DNA from: Chiloscyllium plagiosum
Lineage: Eukaryota
Direction of reading: 5' to 3'
DNA length: 51,614 bases
NCBI RefSeq assembly: GCF_004010195.1
Contig: NC_057752.1
Coordinates: 5,447,223 to 5,498,836, forward strand
Position numbers and translations under genes: made by a program. Within the stretch, counting starts at the first letter, position 1; each line of letters starts with the position of its first letter. A model generated the notes under the pieces. That model was given only the letters and a program-made list of their open reading frames with translations. It made no database searches and was not told the origin of the DNA. Of this stretch, positions 1 to 10,600 are shown piece by piece.

Positions 1-27
1 TTAATGTTTTTTAAAACGAATTTTTAG

Positions 28-115
28 GCAGCAGGTTTCATTGTTGGCACAGAGGTTGGCTGGGGCTCCAGGAACAAACGAGACGCAGACAAAATTGACA
101 CCTGGAAACAGTCAG
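28..115 (+). CDS. KMT2D: KMT2D internal coding exon (approx. human exon 36 equivalent), (R)QQVSLLAQRLAGAPGTNETQTKLTPGNSQ
   Basis: Acceptor tttttAG|G at 26-27 and donor CAG|GTact at 116. The peptide QQVSLLAQRL matches vertebrate KMT2D. Phase 0 end joins the next exon. Confidence 0.85.
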
Positions 116-1904
116 GTACTTTAAACTCTTTAAAACTGAAGTAAGGTGATATCTCACGTGTTTACAAAGAATAAGTATTCTGGAATGTTATTTCTGGAGC
201 AGCACTGACCTCTGAGCCTTGGAACTGTTTAAAAGGGCTTGAGGGTCTTATTGTTATGCTTTCGGTAAGTTCTACTGACCGAGACCATTCCTTTCATTGG
301 CAGTTCCATCCCACCCAGAGTATAGCAGTTCAGCCTTCCCCAACCCATCTGTCATCAGTTCACAAAACATCTTCAAATTACTCAAGTTCTTCCAACAACA
401 GATGTTTAAGCTGCTGTTTCTCTTCCATATATTTTCTAACTGTATGCCACATGCAGTTTGAAGAGCCACAACTAACAGCTCATGATAAAACATTGTTGAG
501 GAAGGACCTTTGACAGTGACAATTCAGGATGAAGGTGAACAAAGGGAAGAAAATAAAGCACGGGGTTTGGAAGAGGTGGGCAATGGTACAAGCGAGAGCA
601 ACAGTAGCAGGTGAGAAAAGAGGCAGGTTTAGAGGCCAAAAGGGTGGGAAAGCTGTGGTTTGGGGAAAGAAAGACTGGAGTGATACATCAGACTGAAAAA
701 TATTTTGCTGCAGAGCTTCCAGGGGTTTCATTCAGCTAGTGGAGTGTTTCCAGCAGCAGCAGCCTCTTGTAGGATATGCAAGAGTTCTTCATGGTATTGT
801 CTCCCCTCCTGAACTTCTGTCATCATTTAAAAGCATTTTTACAACCTATGCAACTGTTTTCTTTGTGGGCTGCTTGGAATGATTAATGCCCTGACTGAAT
901 TAAAATGTCTTGCCTTGCCAAGATCTGGTTTAGTGTGTGTAGTTTACCAAGTGGCCCTGGTCAATTTTCAACATCCATTTTTCTGCATTGGTGCTCCAAC
1001 TTTCCGTTTCCTCAGTAAGTGCTCTCACAACCAGTTCTGTTCCAGCGTACATACCTCCAGACCTCCACACGTCAGCCTACTGGAATGGTTCCATTTCCCA
1101 ATTCAGGTCTTTGCTTGCTCTCCTAAACTATCTACTCCATTGTCCACTGTTTTCCTCACCCAGGTCACCCAGCTTCATTGTGGTTTCACAGAAGGAGGCA
1201 TTTTAGTCTGTTGTGTCTGTGTCATCTCCCTTCTTGAACTTTCCCATTCTTCAGACTCTCCCCTTTTGACTGCAATCATCATTTGTCATTCCTTGAATTG
1301 CCTCATGCCCCAGGACACTCGCACTTCCAGTCAGAATCACATAGATTCCAAGACTTCATTCTCTTGACCTTTAAATCCTTATTTCTTTGAAGGCTCAGTC
1401 ATTGTTATGCTTGCTATTAGACCACAGTTCACCTGTTCCCTTTCATTATCCATTCTCAGTATCTATATTCCTTCATACTGAAGTGCATGTCTGTCTACCC
1501 CCTTGCCTGCCCCTCTCCTCTGCATTCTCTCTCAACAACCCGTCATCCAGTACCTCTTCCACAACGTCTCTTCATCCCCAGTCCAAACTTCAAATGTTAC
1601 TTTGCATATTCCGACGTCCCCTGACCTTTTTCTATTTAAAAGGGAAAAAAGTGGTTTTAGTGGATGTCGAATATGTCTATTTAAAACAAATTCAGGACTT
1701 TGACAAGAAATTATTGATAGGACAGTCAAAAAGCAGCATGACATTTTTTAAAAATCAGTATAGTCAGTCACAGAGAGAAAGGGAAGGAAGGTGAAGGTAG
1801 TGCTAAGCAAAGAGAATGAAAGAACTGCATAGAGCAAATCCTTGACATACTATAGCAAGGTTTTATTGATTTGATTTCTGCGTAACAAGAAAATTTGCTG
1901 ATTC

Positions 1905-4222
1905 AGTTTGTGGATGTACCTACTAGAGAAGGCGCAAAACTTGACCTACTCTTGAGAAATAAGGCAGGTGACTGAGTTGTCAGTGCGGGGAGCACTTTGG
2001 GGCCAGCGACCATCATTCTATTAGTTTTAAAATAGTGATGGAAAAGGATAGACCAGATCTAAAAGTTGAAGTTCTAAATTGGAGAAAGGGCAATTTTGGC
2101 GGTATTAGGCAAGAACTTCCAAAGACTGATTGGGGGCTGATGTTCGCAGGTAAAGGGACGGCTGGAAAATGGGAAGCCTTCAGCAATGAGATAACGCGAG
2201 TGCAGAGACAGTATGTTCCTGATAGGACGAAAGGAAAGTGTGATAGGTTTAGAGAATGCTGGATGACTGAAGAAATTGAGGGTTTGGTTAAGAAAAAGAA
2301 AGAAGCATACATCAGGTATAGACAGGATAGATCAAGTGAATCCTTAGAAGAGTATAAAGGCAGTAGGAGTATACTTAAGAAGGAAATCAGGAAGGAAAAA
2401 AGGGGACATGAGCGAGCTTTGGCAAGTAGAGTTAAGGAGAATCCAAAGGGTTTTTTACAAATACATTAAGGACAAAGGGTAACTAGGGAGAAAATAGGGC
2501 TCGTCAAAGATCAGCAAGGTGGCCTTTGTATGGAGCTGCAGGAGATGGGGGCGATACTAAACAAGCATTTTGTATCCGTATTTACTGTGGAAAAGGATAT
2601 GGCAGATATAGAATGTAGGGAAATAGATGGTGACATCTTGAAAAATGTCCATATTACAGAGGAGGAAGTGCTGAATGTCTTGAAATGCATGAAAATGGAT
2701 AAATCCCCAGGACCTGATCAGAATTCTGTGGGAAGCTAGGGAAGAGATTGCTGGGCCTCTTGCTGAGATATTTGTATCATCGATAGTCACAGGTGAGGTA
2801 CTGGAAGACTGGAGGTTGACTAACGTGGTGTCAATATTTAAGAAAGGTGGTGAGGACAAGCCAGGCAACTATAGACCGGTGAGCCTGACGTCGGTGCTAG
2901 GCAAGTTGTTGGAGGGAATCCAGAGTGACAGGATGTATGTGTATTTGGAAAGGCAAGGACTGATTAGGGATAGTCAACATGGCTTTGTGCATGGGAAATC
3001 ATGTGTCACGAATTTGAGTTTTTTGAAGAAGTAACAAAGAGGATTGATGAGGACAGAGCGGTAGATGTGATCTGTATGGACTTCAGTAAGGCGTTCGACA
3101 AGGTTCCCCATGGGAGACTGGTTAGCAAGGTTCGATCTTATGGAATACAGGGAGAACTAGCCATGTGGATACAGTGGAGAATTGTTTTTCAGATTGGAGG
3201 CCTGTGACCAGTGGAGTGCCACAAGGATCGGTGCTGGGTCCACCACTATTTGTCATTTTTATAAATGATTTGGTTGTGAGCATAAGAGGTATAGCTAGTA
3301 ACTTTGCAGATGACGCCAAAATTGGAGGTGTAGTGGACAGCGAAGAAGGTTTCCTCAGATTACAACAGGATCTTGACCAGATGGGCCAATGGGCTGAGAA
3401 GTGGCAGATGGATTTTAATTTAGATCAATGTGAGGTGCTGCATTTTGGGAAAGCAAATCTTAGCAGGACTGATACACTGAATGGTCAGGTCCCAGGGAGT
3501 GTTGCTGAACGAAGAGACCTTGGAGTACAGGTTCATAGCTCCTTGAAAGTAGAGTCGCGGGTAGTTAGGATAGTGAAGAAGGTGCTTGGTATGCTTTTCT
3601 TTATTGGTCAGAGTATTGAGTACAGGAGTTGGGAGGTCATGTTGCGGCTGTACAGGACATTGGTTAGGCCACTTTTGGAATATTGCATGCGATTTTGGTC
3701 TCCTTCCTATCGGAAAGATGTTGTGAAACTTGAAAGGGTTCAGAAACGATTTACAAGGATGTTGCCAGGGTTGGAGGATTTGAGCTATAGCGAGGGGTTG
3801 AATAGGTTGGGGCTGTTTCCCCTGGACCGTCGGAGGCTGAGAGGTGACCTTATAGAGGTTTGTAAAATCATGAGGGGCATGGATAGGATAAATGGACAAG
3901 GTCTTTTCCCCAGAGTAGGGGAGTCCAAAACTAGAGGGCCTAGGTTTAGGGTGAGAGGGGAAAAATTTAAAAGGGACCTAAGGGGCAACATTTTCATGCA
4001 GAGGGTGGTGCGTGTATGGAATGAGCTGCCAGAGGAAGTGGTGGAGGCTAGTACAATTGCAACATTTAAAAGGTATCTGAGTGGGTATATGAATAGGAAG
4101 GGTTTGGAGGGATATGGGTTGGGTGCTGGCGAATGGGAATAGATTAGTTTGGGATACCTGGTCGTCATGGACAAGTTGGACCAAAGGGTCTGTTTGTGTG
4201 CTGTACATCTCTATGACTGTAT
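1905..4222 (+). mobile_element. CR1-clade LINE, 5'-truncated and frameshifted ORF2 (endonuclease C-terminus, RT, 3' UTR)
   Basis: Fragments PGNYRPVSLTSV, MDFSKAFDKVPH, SGVPQGSVLGP, FADD, YRTLVRPLLEYC, LERVQKRFTRMLPGL. 3' tail ...ctgtacatctctatgact. Confidence 0.93.
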
Positions 4223-4290
4223 ATGCTTGCTTGTGAACTTTTCACATCAGTCTGAATTCATTAGTGATTGTAATGTTTTCCATTTGCCAG

Positions 4291-4357
4291 CAGGAGGCTA
4301 ATAGTGACCAAATGCAGGCTCGGCCAAATCCACCAACCTTTGTCCAAGGGTTTATCA
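4291..4357 (+). CDS. KMT2D: KMT2D coding exon (approx. human exon 37), QEANSDQMQARPNPPTFVQGFI(N)
   Basis: Acceptor ccAG|CAG (NAGNAG) and donor A|GTAAGT. 67 bp with the RPNPPTF motif of KMT2D. Phase 1 joins the exon at 6844 (A+AT = Asn). Confidence 0.88.
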
Positions 4358-4527
4358 GTAAGTCTTCAGCTTCTTTATTTGTGAACTGACTGTGATAATT
4401 GCAGGTTTTGTTGTTCAGACTTTTAAAATCTGGATTTAATGTCAATACAATACTGTATGAATAAGAATTTTCATTTGGAAACTGATAGCTTTGCAAGAAG
4501 CGTCGGAGCCCCATATTTAAGGACCTG

Positions 4528-4853
4528 ATCCTCAGCGGTTAGCATTGCTGCCTCACTGTACCAGGGACCCGGGTTCAATTTCAGCCTCGGGCGACTGTGT
4601 GTGGAGTTTGCACATCCTCCCCGTGTCTGCGTAGGTTTCCTCGGAGTGCTCCGGTTTCCTGTCACAGTCCAAAGGTGTGCAGGTTAGGTAAATTGGCCAT
4701 GCTAAATTGCCCATAGTGTTTGGGGATGTGACCCCAAATTTAAGAGTAGTAGGGTAGGGGAATGGGTCTAGGTGGGTTACTGTTCAGAGGGTCAGTGTGG
4801 ACTTGTTGGGCTGAATGGCTTTTTTCCACACTGTAGGGATTCTGTGATTCTAT
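4528..4853 (+). mobile_element. tRNA-derived V-domain SINE (HE1-like), 5' slightly truncated
   Basis: tRNA-like head (ggttagcattgctgcctca...gggttcaatt), V-domain (tgtgtggagtttgcacat...ggtttcct) and a CR1-like 3' tail ending in attct repeats. Confidence 0.85.
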
Positions 4854-6149
4854 AATACACCATATATTTTTGACTCAGTTGCAGTTTTTCTACTTTGTTT
4901 ATTGCTTTAAGCCTGTTATAACTATTGCACATTCTTCTAACTTTTTCCACAAGTTAAAGTTTCATTTGTTAAAAACCTGTGCCTTAACTTTGGCTAGTTT
5001 CAAAAACGTGCTACTTTAAGTTTTTCTGGCCTTCTCTGTACTAAATTATTATTCTTTTAAATATACGTTACAACTACACAGCAATTCTTGTAATTGTTGC
5101 AATTGTGGAAGCTGAATCCTTTTGACTTAACTCGAAAGGGTTCTAAACACCTTCTCTCAACCTTATTTTACTGAATGCCATTTGAACACAAATGTGTTTC
5201 TTCAACAGTTGTAGATTTTTAACTGACAGCCAGATCAAAACTAATGCTTGTCATCAACGTAGTTGGATTGCTTTTGTTTTTTGAGACTGAAGTCCAAATG
5301 TCAGTTTGAGCCATCTTTGCAGCATTGAGAGTTTAGACTGGAATCAAGGACTTTAAGTGATGTTACTTTTTAAAATTGTATTGTGACTATATCTGCCATA
5401 CGAGAGAAAAAAAACTCTTTGCTGTAGGTTTCTTCCCAGCATCTATATAAGTTGCGAACTGTCCTTTTATATAAAAGTCAATGAAGTTAAATCTTTTTAG
5501 AGCTTTTATTCATAGGTGTGTTCAGTAGTAACCCCAAGCTGAGAAGTTCTGCACACTATCAGTTGAGCTAATTGGTAATTCATTGGCAAGTGTTTGCTGT
5601 TGATTTCATGGCATGGGTCTTTGGTCCTTGCCCAAAGATTGCTAATCATTTCAGCATGGGAGTTTGTTCGATTTTATGGTATGCTTACTCTGCAAATTCA
5701 GCAAATTTTCGGACAAAGCTGAAATTTGTTTGCCAAATTGGCTATGACTTATTACCATTGCTGTCTTTTGTTCAGTGAGTTATTTGTTCAGTGCTGGGAT
5801 AAATGTAATCTTAGTTTGATTTCCCTTTTGGGCTGTCGACATGCAACCTGATTACATTTTCTTTTGATTATGGTAATAACGCTTAGACTGTGAAAGTTAA
5901 ATCTATGTAAATAGCCAAGAAAATTCCCTACTCCATTTTCATCTGGATTAAATATGCAGTAGTGTGCTTTACTAAATTTTAATTCTACCAGGTGGCACAG
6001 TGAATAGGCAAACTGCCTTGCTTTTCTGGGTTCGTATCCAGTCCAAAATTATGGGATTAATCCCTCCACTCTGCTATCATCAAGAGTCTGATGAAATTTC
6101 AATCAAGTAAAAGTCTAATACCAGCATGTAAAAATTGCTGTTCATTATA

Positions 6150-6350
6150 AATAGCCTTCTGGTTCACTAATGTCCTTTAAGGAAGGAAATATGCCACCCT
6201 TATTTGGTCTGGCTGACATGAGATTCCAGGCACACAGCAGGGTGGATGACTCACAGTCACCTTCTGAAATGGGTCTAGCAAGCCACTTATTTCAAGAGCA
6301 ATCAGGGCTGGGCAATACATGCTGGCCCAACCAATAATGTCCATATCCAA
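6150..6350 (+). mobile_element. Decayed partial copy of the second tRNA-SINE family (see 13812-14163)
   Basis: ctggttcactaatgtcctttaaggaaggaaat...gggctgggcaatacatgctggccca is the reverse complement of the 13.9 kb and 44.1 kb copies. Confidence 0.7.
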
Positions 6351-6843
6351 AGGGAAACTGCATTAGAAAAATGATTAATTTACATGGTTAAATGCCCAAG
6401 AGGTGTGAGTTTTATCGAGACCATGTGTTTGACATCCTGGTTCTAGGATTTATTCACAAAATTACAAAAGGACCATTTATTTTGAAGTGCGAAGAGGAAA
6501 AAAATTGCAGAAACGTTGTTCCATTTTTCATGTCAATCTCATTTATATGTTGATGCATAGCACATTAAAAATAATTTACATTTTAACAGCATTTTGACAC
6601 TCTTAAATTAAGCAGCCAAGTAGATGTTTGCGTGTTTCAACCTCCACTGTGACTTCTGGTTTATTTTTTTTTTGAAAAGTTATGAACAAATTTTCAACTT
6701 TTGTAAATGTGTAAAGAACTAAACCTCTGTCTTGTAGAATTACTTTCAAGACATTGTCATAAAATTGCACTCTAGATAATTTTAGTCTTTTGGATAAATC
6801 AATTGAATTATTTGCCAGTTTGTGTTTGGTTCTTGTATTGTAG

Positions 6844-7076
6844 ATGAGGCAGAGCACCGTCAATATGAAGAATGGCTGCTCCATACACAGCAGCTGCTTC
6901 AAATGCAGCTGAAGTTTTTAGAAGAACAAATTGGCGTCCATAGGAAGTCCAGGAAAGCATTATGTGCCAAGCAACGAACTGCTAAGAAGGCAGGGCGTGA
7001 GTTCCCCGAAGCAGATGCAGAAAAACTTAAACGGGTGACAGAGCAACAAAGTAAAATCCAGAAACAACTTGATCAG
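6844..7076 (+). CDS. KMT2D: KMT2D coding exon (approx. human exon 38), conserved coiled-coil EAEHRQYEEWLLHTQQLLQMQLKFLEEQIGVHRKSRKALCAKQRTAKKAGREFPEADAEKLKRVTEQQSKIQKQLDQ
   Basis: Acceptor ttgtAG at 6842-6843 and donor CAG|GTAG; 233 bp. The residues IGVHRKSRKALCAK and FPEADAEKLK match KMT2D rather than KMT2C. Confidence 0.95.
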
Positions 7077-7682
7077 GTAGGAATTGCAGAATAAATCTTG
7101 AATTTCAAAACCGAAGCTTGTTGGGTTTTGACTAATGAAGCCACTCCTCACCTTGATTTTTAAAATAATCTTGGGCAGCAGTGCCACGAGCATGGTAATA
7201 TATTACAAATAGGATTCTGGACTTAGCCATCCAATTATCCCTGTTGTGCCTAATAATACAGCTCTATGCATTTGTTTGCATGTATGTTTGGAAGCCAGGA
7301 ACTTGCCTCTTAACTTTAAGGTGTTTCAAAAATATTCTTTCCAAGAAATGAAACAACCTCCAGCTTTCTGAAGGAATGTTGTCTGGGTTTCCTTTTTACT
7401 TTCAGTTTAACCTTTACTGATGAATTCTGCATACCTCCTGGTTGCAATTCTGAATATATTAAAAACTTATTTTTCCAACTTATTGGACTGCTAAAACAAT
7501 TTTGGCTGCACAAAAAGAAAGTCCCTGTTTCTAAAACTGCCTTCCTGATGAAACAAATTGACTAAACTTGGTTTAGAATGAGTCGTGTCAATGTTGTGTT
7601 CTGGTCACATGGCTTGTTATGAAATTGTGCTGGCTAATTAAGTTTCATGATGTTTAGTTCGAAGTTTCATATTTTGTTTCAG

Positions 7683-10600
7683 GTCCGTAAACAACAAAAG
7701 GAGCATACAAATCTGATGACAGAATATCGGAATAAACAGCAACAGAAATGCTCTTTATCTCCTTCGGGGATGATGCCAACAACCTCATCACAGAATCCGA
7801 GAGTAATGCCCAAACTTTCAACACCCATGTTATCAGCAGCATTAGCCCAGCAAGGAGGCGCAATCCTTGGATCTCCAGCAATAGCTCAACAACCAAGTAC
7901 ACTAATAGGGCACACAGGAAATCTAAGAGTGCCACAAATTGGGGCTACAGTACCACTGCAGCAGGGCCCAGCATTCTTAACGTCAGCTGTGACCCAGCAA
8001 CCAGAATATCCCCCTTCCTCAGGAACTGTATCTTCTGCTCCTTCAACCAGTTTTTTTTCTGGAAATTCTGCTGCTCAAACGCTTACAAATGAAAGCAGAC
8101 TCCTGCAGGAGAGACAGCTTCAACTGCAACAAAGAATGCAACTTATTCAACAGCAAGGACTTGTTGGGCCATCTCAGCAGCAAAGCATCATGGGGAAGTT
8201 ACAGCAGCAAGGTATCATTGGGCAGCTTCAGCCAACAACGCAACAAAGTATTGTGGGTAATAAACCAACACAGCAGGGTATCATGGGTCAACAGCAGCAA
8301 GCCTTCATTGGCCAACAGCAAGGGATTGTTGTCCAGTCACAACATCAACCTGCTCAGCAGCAGCAAGTTCTTGCAGGGCAGCAGCTACCACAACAGCACA
8401 ATAACATTGGTCAAACACAGCAACAGTCAGCAACACAGCACCAACAGAATCTGGCACCTCAACAGCAGCATTTGAGATTGCTGAGTCAACAGCAAGGCCT
8501 CCTTGTGCATCAGCAACCCCACCAACAGGGTCTTGCAAGTCATCCAAAACCTCAACGACCCCAGCAAGGTCTTATGGCTCAGCAGTTGACGCATCAGCAA
8601 GGTCTTGCAGTTCAACAACAAGTGCTCACTTCCCAGCAGCAGCAACAGAATCTGGTTTTACAGCAGCAGACATCCAATGCTCCTTTGCAACAGCAAGGGC
8701 TCATAGGGCATCAACAAGGAGTTGTATCCCAGAATCAGCAATTGGGAACAATACCACTACAGCAGCATCACCTTCAGGCTGTATCAGGACAACTCCATCC
8801 ACAAAGTGTTATAAGACCAAACAATATCCTGAGACTTTCCACATCCTTCCAACAGCAAAGCACAATGGGGCATCAAGCTCGAATGCAGGGTATAATGAGG
8901 CAGCAATCTCAGGATGTTTTAGGCCAACATCTTGCAACACAAGGCATAATGGGACAGCAGACTCCTCTGCAAGTCATCAGGCACCAATTGCCAGGCATGA
9001 TAGGGCAGGGCATGAGGCAACAGCATCCACCCCAGGTCTCAGTGGAGCAAGGACAGCAGCCTCCAGGAACAATGGGACAGGGACAGCAGCATCAGCCCCA
9101 GAGCACAATTGGACAGGGACAGGAAAATCAGCCCCATGCTGTTTTGGGAATCGGACAGCAACCACAGCCTTCTCTCCAGCCGCAGGGAACAATGGGGATG
9201 GAGCAGCAGCAGCAACCTCTTCAAACCCAGGGAAGGATGGGGCAGCAGTCACAGCCACTATCCCAGCCCCAAGGTATGGTGGAGCAAGGAGTTGGACAGC
9301 AGAACTCAATGGGTCAGCAGCCTCCTCAGGGTCCACTAGGGCAAGGAATGCCACAACAACAGTCATCCCAAGGGACAGTGGGGATGGGACAGCAACAGCA
9401 GTCACCCCAGAGTACAGTGGGGCTGGGACAGCAGCAAACGCAGCCTCAGGTCACAATGGGGATGGGAAAGCAGCAGCCCCACCATCAGACTGCAATGGTG
9501 GTGGGACAGCAACATGCCCAGCCTCAGGTTGGGGTGGGCATGGGGCAGCAACAAGCCCAGCCTCAGGGCGTGGTGGGCATGGGACAGCAGCAGGCCCATC
9601 CTCAGGGCGTGGTGAGAATGGGGCAGCAACAGGCCCAGCCTCAGGGCGCATTGGGGATGGGGCAGCAGCAGGTCCAGCCTCCGGGCACAGTGGGAATGGG
9701 ACAGCAACAAGCCCAGCCTCAGGGCATGGTGGGAATGGGACAGCAACAAGCCCAGCCTCAGGCCTCAGTGGGAATGGGACAGCAACAGGCCCAGCCTCAG
9801 GCCTCGGTGGGAATGGGGCAGCAACAGGCCCAGCCTCAGGCCTCGGTGGGAATGGGGCAGCAACAGGCCCAGCCTCTCGTCTTGGGAATGGGGCAGCAGC
9901 AAGCCCAGCCTCAGGGTGCAGTGGGGATGGGGCAGCAACAGGCCCAGCCTCAGGGTGGGGCGGGGATGGGACAGCAACAGGCCCAGTCTCAGGGCGGGCT
10001 GGACATGGGACAACAACAGGCCCAGCCTCACAGCACATTGGGGATGGGACAGCAACAGGCCCAGTCTCACAGCACATTGGGGATGGGACAGCAACAGGCC
10101 CAGCCTCAGGGCGCGGTGGGGATGGGACAGCAACAGGCCCAGCCTCAGGGCGTGGTGGGGATGGGACAGCAACCGGCCCAGCCTCAGGGCGCGGTGGGGA
10201 TGGGACAGCAACCGGCCCAGCCTCAGGGCGCGGTGGGGATGGGACAGCAGCAGGCCCAGCCTCAAGGCGCGGTGGGGATGGGGCAGCAACAGGGTCAGCC
10301 TCCAGGCGCTGTTGGGATGGGACAGCAACAGGGTCAGCCTCAGGGCGCGGTGGGGATGGGACAGCAACAGGGTCAGCCTCAGGGCGCGGTGGGGATGGGA
10401 CAGCAACAGGCCCAGTCTCAGAGCATGGTGGGACTGGGGCAGAAACAGGCCCAGCCTCAGGGTGCAGTGGGAATGGGACAGCAACAGGCCCAGCCTCAGG
10501 GTGCAGTGGGAATGGGACAGCAGCAGGCTCAGTCTCAGGGCGCATTGGGAATGGGGCAGCAACAGGCCCGGCCTCTCAGCGCAGTGGGGATGGGACAACA

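Noticed and set aside
256..1794. Short ORFs in the first intron (e.g. 879-1367, 1387-1794)
   Set aside because: No recognisable domains or splice-compatible KMT2D peptides. This is probably heavily decayed repeat sequence that I cannot classify.
3165..4142. 325-aa reverse transcriptase ORF as an active element or host gene
   Set aside because: It is part of a 5'-truncated CR1 copy with upstream frameshifts and deletions.
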